Below, piece after piece: positions 39,527 through 52,762 of a stretch of DNA of 64,000 nucleotides. Numbering within the stretch: the stretch's first letter is position 1; every line of letters starts with the position of its first letter. Below the pieces are notes generated by a model, which searched no databases, was not told where the DNA came from, and worked only from the letters and a program-made list of their open reading frames with translations. This stretch comes from Moniliella sp. 'wahieum' (Eukaryota): contig RSEE01000141.1 in assembly GCA_003971905.1 (NCBI GenBank), positions 62,001-126,000 of the forward strand. The letters run 5' to 3'. The position numbers were made by a program, and so were the translations under genes.

Positions 39527-42299
39527 AGAAGGCGCCTGGCGTCCACAGTGCGCTCAGCCTGTGAGGCTGAGTACTCCAGCTGAGTGCACCCAGAGTGTGG
39601 GGTCCGATCCGTACTGAGTGTACTGGAATCTCAGTACGGAGTTACTGAGCCTTCACTGACAGCGCGTGCCCACTTGTGATATACGCAATTGGGACCTGTT
39701 ACATAGTGACAACTATCCCAGAGACCACATGGTGGCGACAGCAGCAGATCCGGACCCTTTTTTGGCTCCGCCCTTTTCCCCCCGAATCGGATCTGTGTAA
39801 GTAAGTACACGGATGGACGTGGTGGATACATGAGTGCGGGTGAGCGCCGCAGTGATGCATCCAAGGAGTGTGGACTCATTCGACTTGTCGATGATGGTAA
39901 CATGATCATGTGGGCGTTGCATTTTGTGTGGTCGCACAGTGCCTTCCCGTCTCCACACGCGATGCTTCGCACATGGTGGCACCAAAAGGGGAGGGGGGGC
40001 ACGTAAGTTGAGCGCTCGTTGAGCGCTGGGCGCCTCTGGGAAAGGACTGATAAACTATTTCACATTCTTCTCGCGACCATGCACATCCGTACTTTTTGAA
40101 GCGTGAGCGCCTTGAGCAGCCCACATGCAGCTTTCCTTCCCTGGAGGGATATGTTCTCGTGTACCACACTTTCGGGGACGCATATATGGCCTTCCTTGTC
40201 CCCGAACTCCTTGAGCCCTTCGACCTGTGGCCATCAGGCCTCAGGCCTCAGGGTCCTCCGCTTCCTCTCCTGCGGGTGTGACATGCATGAATGCGAAGCT
40301 TGAAGAGGGCCTGCCAGAAACTCGAAGGATCACCGGCACCGCCGGTCACCTGAGGCCTAATTAATGATTGTCGCAGCCACACCGGTCACCCGAGATCATC
40401 GATCAAGCTGAGTTTCGTCAAGCAACACAACAAACAAACCAGAACTGCAATGGCATGCAACACTACTATGGGCCTTCAGTGTTATGGAGAAGGGCTCATT
40501 CGTACCCACGCGCTACCTCCGGTTTGGAAGAGAGTAGCGGCGTCGGAGGGTCCTGACCTACTGGCGGATCCGCTGACTTCTTAAACGGTTTTGACCCGCA
40601 GTACTCCGCGGATGAGCCGGTCGGTTTGTAGGCCGTTTAGACGCAGCGTCGTTTCTTAATGCGTAAACCCTGGACATGACATGACTGCGCACATTATGTG
40701 GTGTGCAGGACTATGGTGGAACGGTGGAAGATGTATAATGATCGAGATGCAATTGCCTCTTAAGGACTTGGTTCTCATTCCAGAAATGACTGGGATGACT
40801 CGATTGTCACAGGCCATAGCTAGCGATGCTGGCGATGGTGGATGGAGATGGCATTCAAGAGCTAAGGAGAGCTAGAGCTATGGGCCTTGATAGGCTCCTG
40901 GCCTGGAGGCCAGTGGAAACCCGTGGAAGGGCCGGAACTCACTGCCCCGGTGCACTGTGTGCATCGGGCCACGTGTCACTGAAGGCCGATGGGCTCTAGA
41001 CCACTGGTGGTCAACATCGATGGCCGCGGAGATTCTGTTGACCTTACACGTTGACCTATATGATGGTCATTTGTGGCCAAAAGGTCACTTCCCTCATGCA
41101 TTACTGCTGACCGAGGTGGAAGTGACCTCGTGTGTGAATCACACTTTTTTTTCGACGTGTGGCGTCTCCGACTCCATGATAACTTCTGGATTCGCCACCG
41201 CCTTCGGATCTCCATGGACCACCATCTCCATTTGCTGCTCTTGAGCTCCTCTTGGGCGTTAGTAGATGCCGGACCCTTGGTTACACGGTTACTTGCATTA
41301 CACGTTACATGATCGATTCGGCATCTGATTGGTCAGGCGCCTGACTGGTGGTCCTATGATTCCCTCCTCTCCTTCTTCCTCTACCTAGCCAGGCTTATAG
41401 TATAGTCCACTGAGCATACCACTGTCCGTCTCAAGCTGCCTTTGAATCACCATGGCACTCAGTGCTGCTGTCCCAAAGACTTTGTGGTAACTCGAGGATC
41501 AGACTGCTAGAGTGCGACTTGGGAAGAGAATATTCCTGCCGGCTCCAGGTGAAGGAATGCGCCACAAGGACCCCCCCCATTTGGGCCACCGGCGCCACTA
41601 CACCAGTGTGGCACCCCACCGACTCGCTGCGAGATGTGTGAGCCAATAGTAGAGACTACTATTAGTATGTGGGGTCTCTACGAGACTCAAGTTATGGCGG
41701 GGCATGTATGTAATGTACAACGACTGTTCATTAGCTTTGGCGCAGAGTTTACCGTAGTAAGGCTGCGGTAAACAAACGCTGAGTTATAACCTAGCCTGGT
41801 GCTCAGCGCTGAGTAGCACTGAGCAGCTCTCAACGCGCTCAACCCCATGTCGGCCACCCTAGGATCGTCGAGATCATCCCCTACAAATCATGGCCACCCC
41901 AGCCAGATTGCAGCCGAGGCGACAGCCATCTTGTTGGTGAGTAAAACGTGGGGGCTAATCGATCATCAGGCTCGTCGAGCTTAAAGATCGACGGGCTGGC
42001 GTGTGCCGCTTTTGGCGCCAAGCCCCCGTTTAGGAAACCAAGGGAGTCGCCAGCAGGTCAGGACACTGTCAGAACGAGACCCTGATTGGCGCAATAAACC
42101 ACAGCTCCGTAATGTATACGGGGCTCGGATCAGATCTCAGACCGGGGCGAAGCCATGGTGATCCTCTCGATCGCGTATATTCATTTTTCGTGTTCCCCTC
42201 AACGTTCAACGTGAGTTCAACCCTTCAAGCTTCAGCCCTAAACGTTAAACCCAAGCCGCCGTGACTCATCATCATCCTCATCTTCATCCTCCACATCCT

Positions 42300-44570
42300 C
42301 CACCGCCACAGCCCTTTCACTAGGCGCGGCGCTTCCGCATCCTCCAACTCCTGCGCTCCCACACTGTCCACGGCCCGCACACGACGCGAATCCGCCTATG
42401 GAGGCACAGCCACCCGAGCCACACGAGCCTGCACCCACAACACCACCACAGGTCCCAGCTACGCACGCTCCAGGGCCATCGCTGCCCAACACGGCTGCGC
42501 ACGCAGGGTTGCCTGCGTACATGCCCGAGGCTGATCCGGCCGTGATCCACGGGTCGGGGCGGTAGGTAGGGAGCAGCATACGGTACGTACGCAGGATAGA
42601 TACCCCAGGCCAACGCTGGCCTCCGTTTCGTCCTCAATCTGTTCCCGTTTCTCATCCGATACTGGGGCGAAAAGCAAGCCTCGTTTGTGCCGGCGCCGTT
42701 GTGCTGCCTCAGCCTGGGAGAGGAGACGGCGGCGCCTTACGGTTTCTTGTTGGACAATCGCTTCATTCCCCTCGGTAGGGATGGCATTGTGGGCCGAAAT
42801 GTGGGAAAGTGTTTAGGCTGGGAGGGGTGGGTGGCGAGGTGGGCATGGAGCGCATCTGAGTTGCTTTGTGCTTGAGAGGCTGTCGAGGACGAAACAAGAG
42901 GGCTGAGAGATACGGTTGGTCTGGCCTTCCCGTACAGCTTCGCGCAGTACCAACAGGTGCACTCTGAGTACGGCTGACCATTGGTCAACTTGGTGTATCG
43001 CTTGGCGGTGAGCTCAAACCCATCGCTCAACCTACCCGAGGCAACCTTGTCGTCATGGTTGATCATTCGCTTCATATGGTGCTTCGTGTAGCAGTAGTAC
43101 CGTTCCGGCGAGAGTTGGTGGGGTGTGCCAGGCCAAGTCAACGTCGAGCGTAGGCACCGCAAGATCCCCAGGATACTGTTTGATGATCTTAAGAAAGGTG
43201 ACGTACTTGTGATCAATCGGGCAATCGTTTGATCCAGTGCAAATGAGTGCAGCCAATCAATCTCGTCCATCTTCCGGACAAATGTACCTTGTCGTAGCAC
43301 AGCCCGACCAAGTCCAGACCAAACGGAGACGAGTTTTCCCAATAGCGCGACATCATTGATCGAATACTGCGCGTCGTACTTTGGCGGTAGCCCGGGTGAC
43401 GGGTTGACATTGTCCTACAGCTCGCAGAACCGCTCGGTCCGAGCAGCCCGCCTGGATCACATCACGCACGATGGCCCATGGTAATGGGGGATAAATGCCG
43501 AGATCGAGCTTCTGAGGGCGGGGCTCTGACCCGTACTTCAAAAAGTTGCTCCCATAGGACTGGAGCATGATTCTTCGGCCCGTGCCTGGAATACGGCCAT
43601 CATACGCAAAGATGGTTCCCGGCATCGCCTCGTCCCACGACTTGAGCTTCGCAAAGTCGGCGCGAAACTTTTCCACACGCAGGTCATCGTGGGTGATACA
43701 AGAGTCACAGGAAGTGCAGTGGGTTACCATGTTGTAATCGGTAAAGCGCGAGCGAGTGGCGTGGAACCAAGGTTTGTCCAAGTCGCCCAGTCGCCCCTCG
43801 GTCGCCCACGGGACCTCTTGCTCCTCTTGCAGCGTGGACACTTGATTTTCTTACCGGCCTTGTCTTCCTGTTGCGCCAGGTACACCCTGTGGCCGTTCAA
43901 ATGCTTCGGCCGCCTCGGCAGGAGGGAGATAATCAAGCGAATCGTTGATGCAGGCATCAATCAGTGCCCAGGGGAAGCCTGCTTTCCATACCTGCATGTG
44001 CCCTGTCCGAAGGAATCTTCAAGATAGATGACGGGATTAAGGCAAAACGCATGCCAGACATCAACACATCGAGTGGAGGGAGATTATGGGTGCTCCACAG
44101 CGGCGAGGCCGACGGCGAGGGGGTGGCCTTCATGGCCTTTTCCACGTCAGTGGCCGACTCCACCATCTCCACCGTGAGGACCATGCATGAGGAAGGTAAG
44201 CAAACATTCCAAAACCGCTCAAACGATCCGCCGCTCGCGCCACGTACACTGCCCAGCGTTTTCTCGCATCAATGCCAAGCCTTTGTTTCGATCGTCCTGA
44301 CTCTTAAACTGAAATAGCACGTCCTCATCGCGTAGCCCAAACAGACCTCCACATGGGCAATCGAGTCTCGCAGATCGGCAAAGACAGCGAGCAGGCGCAA
44401 TGGGCAACACATTCGTCTACTGTGACGGTCTGTGTGGTGTCGTTGGGGGCGATGCGGGGGAAACGTGCGGAGAGGTGATGGTAAGCTGTAGGGCGGCGGA
44501 GGGTCGTCGGGAACTGGGGGCGATGCGGGGGCCCCTTCTCGGTTTGGAGGAGGTGGCAGTCTAAGAGCGG
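42300..44570 (-). CDS. Glycine-rich domain-containing protein (GRDP/DUF1399), copy 1; heavily frameshifted
   Basis: Fragments ECVAHLRLLAVFADL, LPPLDVLM, SIRSMMSRYWENSSPFGLDLV, QGTFVRKMDEIDWLHS, AVPTLDVDLAWHT, INHDDKV and YSECTCWYC, with a Cys/Gly tail. Colinear with 57745-60021. No start codon located. It may be intact (sequencing error) or a pseudogene. Confidence 0.8.
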
Positions 44571-46124
44571 TGAGGCTACTCGGCGTTAGTGCGATGGGGC
44601 AAGTGCTAGGGGGAGTGCGGTCGAAGGGGTTGAAAGGAGGGGGGGAGAGGGCTCACAGCGACGGGAGATGAGTACCGAGACCAAGTGAAGAGAGAGGGAC
44701 AATGGACGATGGCAAGGTAAAGATAGGCGAGCGAGCGAGACCTCAGCTATGCCCCAAAGAGTGAGGACACTGTTGAGAGAAAGGTAGGAGTGGCCGATGG
44801 TTGCGTCCGAGGTTCTTGCATCGCGGTACTCGTGCATCCGCAGTTGCGGAGCAAGGCCACCTGGACGCCATCGGCACGGGAAATGGATACAGGCCCAGTG
44901 CCCCTGCTTGGCAGGCGCACTGGTCCTCTGGATTCGCATCTCAGATCTCCACAATCCCACTTCGACACCCACATTTTCCGCAGCCCGAGCATAGGAGTGT
45001 GGTCCTGTGGCTGCTTGTCGTATCCACATCGGGTCTACTACCGGCAGATAAAAGTACCGATATTCAAATGTACTGGGAAGGAAGTCTGGGGCAGCTGATG
45101 AAGTTGAAGTGGCATCGCACACGCTCACGCCCATTGCCCCCCCCCCGCTGTCTCCGCAGCCGACACGGAGGCATCCTGTCTGGCGACGTTTACCGGTTAC
45201 GGTTACCAGTACACACAAGTGACGCGTTACGCGTTACGGGTGCTCAATTACTAAGCCTAACCCATGGGGTACCTACCACCTGGTAACCTTATGTAGCTAA
45301 CTCAACTACGTACGTACCGAATCAACCCAAGCACTAATAAACAGGGTTCTTAGATTTTCCACGCTACGCCAAGCTGCGCCTTCTGTGACGCAATGCAAGT
45401 GAATGGAGTATTGTCGCCGGTCTAGCTGGGCTACGTGAAGCTTAGGCCTCCCGGGCAAGCTGTCGGATCAGTTGATCACCCAGCTCGAGCAGTGTTCCAT
45501 TTTTCTGGATGGGAACATGAACGATGAGACCGAGGGAGGAGAGGGGGCGTGGGTAAGCGGAAAGCGAAGCCTGAGAAGAATGAACAAAATCAAGGGATGG
45601 TAGTACAGAGAAGAGAACGCGCCGAGGCGGGGGGTGGGGGCAGGAGCACATCGGTTGGTTCGTGCGTGCCGCTGCCCCCCCCCCCCGACTCGGGCACACG
45701 ACGGGAAAAGCCCAGGCAAGTCGTCCGAGGCTCGTCGTTCGAGGATGGCAAGGGGGCGGAAGACATAGCCACTTGGCCCAGGGGAGGGGGAATCCTCTCT
45801 GGGTAGGTGCAAGGTGTACGCGTCACGCCAAGGACGGGCTGCGGAGCAAGCCGACTGGCCCGCTGCGAACGAAAAGACGGGATTGCCCGGATACAGTGGG
45901 AAGAGAACAGGGAAAATGGAAGGGTAATGACCGAGAGCCGGAGGGGGTCATGAGGAAAGAAATGGGGAAGGGTGAGATCTGAGAGTCCTGAGAGAGTGAG
46001 AGGACTCTTGGACCAGAGCATCTGCCGAGAAGATCAACACGGGCAAACGAAAAGCCCGATCGATCGGTGTGGAGAGAGCGGTGGAGGTGAAGGTGGATGG
46101 TGATGGGTTGGGAGGTGAGCTAGC

Positions 46125-47418
46125 GTTGATCAAGGCAGAGGTCCAGAGAGATGGCAGCTACCCTGCCCGCGCGTGGGCGTGGGCGTGAGCATGGGTATGG
46201 GCACCAGGGTCGGAGGTGTGAGGGCTGGCAGTGTGGCCGGTCTGCTGAATGATCTGGGATGACGTACTGTTTCTCATCGGCAAACTGCTCATCGTCACGC
46301 TCGTTGTGGAAATCAGAGAGGAACGTCACTAGTCGATCGCGGTTGCGGCGCAAGATGTGTTCACGGCCGGAGGCTTGCGCGGGTTGGCAACAAAGACTTT
46401 GAACACATGAAACGCCTCGAACTGAATGTTCTTCGACCGGTCCTTGAGCAGGTTCATCATCAGCTTCAGATTCTGCTCATTGCCAATGTACCGCGTCATG
46501 ACCGAGAAGTTGGTCTTGTCCAACAGGATCTCGCCGAGGAGCTTGAGCGACTGCCGCTTCGTCACATAGTTGCTGCTGTTGAGCAAGCCAGTGTACATGG
46601 CGATAAACGATCGTAATCCCCTTCGAGAAAGGCGGCCACCATGGGCTTGTGCCTGGTGAGCAGGTCCTTGAAAGCACTAAACGCATCGCACGATACGCCA
46701 AACGAGGTTTTTTCAATGTAATCGGGGAATGATAGAAACTGGAGGGTGGGGGGCGGGAAGGACAACAAGGTTAGTTTTCTTGCAACAGTCTCGGCACTTA
46801 GGGGAGGCAACACACTTTTCCGAGTAAAGGAGGATCTTGGCAATCGACTCGTGCCGGATCATCTCCCTGAGGATCATGCCTGTATTGAGAGCAGTGTCGG
46901 GGTGGGAGTAGCCACGAAGGCGAGGAAGATGATGTTGGGCTTTTGGGTAATGTACTCAACGGTGGGAAGGCGAGAACCGATCTGGCGGCGGAGCAACGCC
47001 GAGAAAATCTGGACCACATCTTGCGAGCCTCAAACTCGAGACGCCACGAATGGGTGATGAGGACACTGAGTGTGTCGGGGTGTACATCTCTGGGCCAGTT
47101 GGGCCACCATTTCGGGCTGGGGATACCGCCCTCGCTGCTGCCCCCATGCCGGCCGGGATCTCGTCGCCCTGGAGCAAGGCCTTGATGTGAATCAGGGTGC
47201 GGGACACGTCCTCTTCGAGGGCTTTCTGGCGGGAGGGAACAGTGGGGAGGGGCGGGGGGGGGCGCTGTTGGCGGCCGGGTTGGAGGAGACGACGGCGGTC
47301 GTGCCGGGGGCGCCACCGGGGGGCGGGGGGCGGCGGCATCGAGCTTGGCGAGTGTGTCGTGGAGGTGGCGGACGATGTCGGCGGGGGTGCGCTGGCGGGA
47401 GCGGAAGATGAAGTTCAT
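46125..47418 (-). CDS. HYM1: MO25/Hym1 (CAB39) RAM-network scaffold
   Basis: [83 protein letters not shown] and [10 protein letters not shown]. Intron ~46740-46825. Confidence 0.96.
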
Positions 47419-47790
47419 GGGGGGCAGGGGGGGCTGGGGGGGTGGGCGGGGGGGAGGGGTAGGTGTGCGGAGAGGAGGCCGAGGCGGCTGGGGGGTGCTT
47501 CAAGCTTGACGCCAGCTGAACGCAGGGTGGCTGTGTTCTCCACCCCTCAACCAAACCACGCCAACCACAGCAACACCCGCCAACACCCGCCAACACCCGC
47601 CAACCCCCCCCTCCACACGCGACCCTGCACGTTACCTAACCCTGAACATTTCAGCCTGCCTCTCTTCTTCTGCTCAGCCGAGCGCTGATCTCACCGATGA
47701 CGCAGCCGAGGGTTGACGTTGCCCCGCTGGACCCGCCTGCGTCTTTTTTCTTCGCTGCCTTCCGCCCGTCACGCAGTGCCGGTGGGAGCC

Positions 47791-49243
47791 ATGCTGCGGG
47801 CAAGCCAAGCGGTGTTCAAGGTGCGCAAGGGCGTCCCGCGCTTCATTGAGCGTCTGCGATCCGACCCCTTTGTGCGTGCGCGCGAGACGGGGATGCAGCC
47901 CGGCCGGACCAAGCTGCCCGTTTGGGCCCGGCCCGACGCGCGAACCAAGAACACATCCAAATCCAAATCCAAAGCCAAGTCCAACACCCCGCTTGCTCCG
48001 CCTGCCCAGCGCGGCCCACGCGACGGAACCAAGCGGAACAAGGCCCTTCCTCTCCTTCCTCTCCTTCGTCCCGTCCCTTTCATCCCCCTCTCCATCTCGC
48101 CCGCCTCGCCATGGACGATGTGACGTCCTGGCGGGCCCGATCGGCATTCAAGTTGATGGAGCTGCAACAAGGCACGCGGATGCTGGCCCCGCCGCTGAAT
48201 GTGGGAGGTGGCGCAGGGGTGGGCGCGGCGATTGACCGAGCTATCAAAGATGAGCGGGAGGTGCGGGTGGAGGCGGTGCATTGGCCCGGGGCGCGCCCTG
48301 CGGCGGAGCGGGGAGACGGGTGGTGCCTTGGATCCTGGTCGATCTCGGGGCTGCCCCGGGAGGATGGAGTCAAGTGTGTGCGAGGGCATTGGCGTGGTGG
48401 GAAAGCACACGCGCACGAAACGTCAAGTTGGGCTGGCAGGTATTCGGGATTGACTTGTTGCCCGTGTCGGATTTGCCTGGCGCAGCGTTTCTCAAGGGAG
48501 ACTTTTTGGCGCAAGACACGCGCAAGCAGTTGCGTAAGAAGATCTTGTCCGCCCTTCCTGCCCCTGACCCATGTGCTGAGGGGAGTTCCCCCGCCGCTTT
48601 CCGTGCCGCTGCGTTGACACCCAGTACGTCGGTGTTGAAAGACGTCAAGACGGGCGAAGTGTTGTCGGGGGGCTTGGTGGATGTGTGCTTGTCGGACATG
48701 CTGGGCAACATCTCAGGGGTCGATTCACGCGACGAAACGATTTCGATTGAGTTGGTGGATGCAGCGTTCCGATTTGCAAGGAGGACATTGCGGTGGCCAC
48801 CACCCTTGCCGCACGACGCTCCGCTCAGTTCCAAGCCGCGGCCGTGGGAAGAAGAGGAGGAGGAACGGTTCGAGCCTCCGCCTACTCGAGGCTATTGGGA
48901 AGAGGATATCGAGGTGGAATCCGATCCCACACCCTCCACCGGGCACACGGCCAAGGAAGCAAACGAGGCTAGCGACGAAGGCAAGGGCAGCCGAGAGACC
49001 AAATCCATGCCCCGCATACCTAGGACGACGTACTTTGTGGCCAAGGTGTATCAAAGCAAGTTGTCCGAACACTACATCCAACAAGTGTTGCGACCCTTCT
49101 TTGACCGGCTGGTGATTGCTAAGCCTGAAGCGTCGCGGCCCGTATCGCGAGAACAGTTTATCGTAGCGTCGGGCTTTCGGGGGCCTCAGGCGGCCGATTA
49201 TGGCGCGCTGCGCGAACGATTTGCGGAAAAGTACGGTGTCTGA
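47791..49243 (+). CDS. MRM2: FtsJ/RrmJ 2'-O-ribose rRNA methyltransferase, mitochondrial type
   Basis: SDPFVRAR, WRARSAFKLMEL, VDLGAAPGGWSQV, GIDLLP, KGDFL, VDVCLSDM, FVAKVY and KPEASR.VSREQF, supplying the K-D-K-E catalytic tetrad. Confidence 0.92.
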
Positions 49244-49688
49244 GGCACACCTGGGTTCGGCTGCCTCGCCCCCATTCAACTATCATGCTGTACTTTAATA
49301 TACACCTCTACCATACCTACCCTCCTCGATAGCCACAGCCACAGAAAACGGAGGTTCATCGTATTTTCCAACGTTAGGGGATAACGAGCGTACCCGCTCA
49401 GCGGGGGTATGGGGTTCTCCCAACTCATATGGAGTTGGTCTCTTGGCCAGCTGGGGAGGGGAGATAAACAAAGGGTGCACAGGTCGCTTTATGCAGATTC
49501 TGACAAACCACCCAAAGCAGGAAGGGTGTCCAGCGAGCCATGCCCAAGGGGAGGAGGAAAAGCGAGAATCAACAAAGGACGACCGCGCGGGTGAGGCAAG
49601 GACCATCAAACACGGCTTGGTCATTGGGGAATTAGAGGCAAGCACAGGGCAAGAGAAAACGACAAAAAGGCTGGGTCAAGAACAATTG

Positions 49689-51744
49689 TTATGACTGAGT
49701 CTTTTCTTCTTGCTGGGCATTCAGCGGCATCACAGTGAAGCCAGCCTCGGACTTGTTAACCTCGTCTGCTGCTGGGGAAGTAGGGCCATCAGGTTCAGGG
49801 GTTGAAGCAGAAGCAGAAGTAGACCCGTCCTCTCGTCAGTTGGAGCAACGGGTACAGAAATTGTTGTGTCGGCTTCCCATGTCCATCCGAACTGGACTGG
49901 TCCCGAGGACGAGCAGGAGTACGCGGAGGCAAAGTGGGCGGAGTAGCAACCGCTGGAGAGGGAGGGGGAAACCTGGTGTGATGGGCGTCCCGGCCTTTTC
50001 ATCCTCCTCAGGCACAGTGGCGGGGGGAGGTTTGCCTCTTCCTGCGGCACCCATCAAGCCCAACGAACTAAAGTTGACTCCAAGAGAGCGTGCGGTGCTG
50101 CCTGCCCTAGTACGCACGGGGGTTGGCGGCGGCGGCGCGCCCCCATGTCGAGAGGAAGGCGTGGGAGTGACATGTGTCGACGGGGATTTGGCATCGCCAA
50201 GCTCTTCGGACGGGACAGCCGTTGGCTCTTCGCCACATGGAGCCGAGTTTCGAAGACCAGGATTCAGTAGGCTGGTGGGTTGGCCTGCCATTTGTCGGGT
50301 GCAACGTTGGAGCTTCATCTCCCGGTTCGAGGGAGGCAGGAGCATCCACAGGCAAGGGGGGCAGGTGCAAGCGCGTCCCGTCTTTCTGCCCGCTCCGATC
50401 GGACGAAGGCGTGGGCAGGGCAGGGTCGGACGGGGCTTGTTCGGGGGCAAAAGAGCAATGTACTCCTTGAGAGCTTTGAGACAAACATCAGATGCCCAAC
50501 GGGCTTCCTTGACCTGATCCAATTCGTCCCGCGTGTTGCCCAATTCGATCCGAAGCCGTTCCAACTCAGCGCCCCGGGCGGTAAGTTGGGCTTGAAGACG
50601 CTCGGTTGTCAGAGTGGATAGGCCGGACGGTAGTCCATCTCCACCAAGCCCGCCTGTCACGCCTGTACCGAGCATACGGGACCGACGTCGAGCCACATCT
50701 GCCGCCTCCTCTACATCGGCAGCAGCACTGGATGAGAGGACAGCGCTTCCCGGGCGTGGACTGGTGGGATGGGAGGAGGTGGTGCTGAGGGTCGGAGAAC
50801 GGGGACGAACAGAGGGAGCAAAGGCACTGAAGCCGCTCACGCTGCTTGAGGTTCGGCGGTGCGCTTTGGCGGAGGTAATGCCAAGACCGACAGGAGGGGA
50901 AGCTTCACCCGAAGTGGAGAGGGGAGGAGATGCACGGTAGCAGGGGTGGTGACGGGCGAAGTGCCACTGACAGTAGGGGTAGTAGATCCGGAAACAGGGC
51001 TGCCACTGCCAGCGGTCGGGGCGGTGGGTGTCCCGCCCAGCAACGACAGATGCCGCAGCTTGCGGTCGGTCTGGGAGGATGCTGCGGTGGGGGGAGTGGG
51101 GACGTAGCCGGAGGACGTGACAGAAGAAGGCGTGCGCGCGTGGCCGGTGCGGCCAAAGTTGCGAGCGGCAGCCATGGAGATGGTGCCATTGGGGCCAAAT
51201 GCAAGCGACGCGCGCTTGGAGGCGCGCTTTGCCCGGGCCTCTTTGGCCTCGGCAGCGGCTGCGTCGGGATCATCAACCAAAGAGGCTGCAGAGAGGCCGC
51301 CTGCAGACGTGAGAACTTGCTGCGAGCGGCGACGTTCAGCAATGGCCTTGCGCATGCTCTCCCCTTCCTGCTGAAGTTGCATGAATGCGCGGCGCGAGTC
51401 GGCCAGCCGCAAACGTAAGTCCCGCACGGTATCTGCCTCGGTCTCGGCCCGCCGCACCGCCGCATCCCGCTCCTCACATACACGATCCAGCTGCGCACGC
51501 AGCAGGGCGAGCACTTGGTCCTGCTCCTGGCCGTCGTGCTGGGCAGCGGCTGCGAGCGCAGTATCATCGGCATCTTGGGCGGCGCGGCTGGCGAGGCGGT
51601 CGTGGGCGAGGTAGTGGCACTGAGGGCGCGGGCCTGCCAGGCGGCATGGACACGCAGCGCAGCAATGACGTGACGCAGCTCGTCGGGGCTGTCGCTGCCG
51701 TCTGCGTCGGGGGTGGGGAAGGGAGGAGCGTCGGCGGACGACAT
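49689..51744 (-). CDS. Hypothetical coiled-coil, Ser/Pro-rich protein
   Basis: Overlapping minus ORFs 50837-51856 and 49836-50840 with heptad-like segments (LRAQLDRVCEERDAA...LRLRLADSRRAFMQLQQE; ELDQVKEARWASDVCLKALKEYI). Putative ATG 51744. Confidence 0.65.
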
Positions 51745-52762
51745 GGCGGGGAGGGCGTGGCCGAGGAGGAGCTGCACGCTGCGCTGCGTTCCAGAGGTGG
51801 TGTTTGTGTCTGCGGTGTCGAGGCAGCCAGGGGAGCAGCAGGGGGCGCCGCAGCACGTTGGCCAGCCACGGCGCCTATCACGCATTGTGCGTCTGCATCA
51901 TCCGCGCGTCACCGACTGAGAAAATACTCACCGGTCATCCGCATCCCACACCGCGTGGAGCAGGCGCCATTCCAGTGTGTCTGGTTAGCGCACCGGCCCT
52001 GTGCCTCTGCACGCGAGCTTTCGCCTCTGGGAGCCTCTCGCCTGCTTTCGCTTTTCCTTGCTCGTTTCAAATCTCCTTTCAGCTTTCACCGGGCGCCTTC
52101 CACTTAGACCTTCCATATTTCATCTTCCATCTGTCAAGTTGCGCATTTCAAATTGCGCATTTCACAATTTGACCCCTCGCAGATTGCGCATCTCACTGGC
52201 CTCTTGTCTTGTCTACAGGGAGATGGCGCTCCAGTCCGCCCCCCACCCCACATCCGAGATGGCTTACCCGCTCCGAGCCTCCTGCCTGCTTTCTGCCTAC
52301 CAAGCATCGACCTGCACGTTATCGTCCCAAGCCTAGAGCCTACCCCATGTGTTAGGCATGCCAGGTCCAGAGAGCAGAAGCAAAAATGTCCGTGCGAATG
52401 ATATTAGGACGACGGCACTGCAGGGTGGTATGGCCAGCCAACACAGAACACCATATATACGCGTCTCTGTGGGCACTTCCCACCATTACCAACCAAAACG
52501 ACCCAGGGAAGTCCTGGGGGGAGAGGGGGAAAGAAAAAGGACAGACGAGTCACAAACCAACATCCTAGCTCCACAACAGATCCATGCCCGCCCCTCCTCC
52601 GGCGCACATCCAGCGTAGCAGCAGCCGTACGGATCACAATAGGGGGATGCAGAACTGCATCTCGAGGTGGGCTTGCATGTCTTGGAAGTAAGAAATGGGG
52701 AGGGCCAGTCCAGTGAAGCTAGAAACGCTACCACGTTGGAAGCAAAGGAAGCTTTGCTCGGC

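Noticed and set aside
38500..42260. An intact transposon in the gene-free stretch
   Set aside because: I could identify no transposase, reverse transcriptase or integrase motif, and no terminal repeats with target-site duplication.
42300..44570. Calling GRDP copy 1 a pseudogene
   Set aside because: It has more frameshifts than copy 2 and no clear ATG, but the OPT, BTN1 and PDR genes are similarly broken. This cannot be decided without accurate reads.
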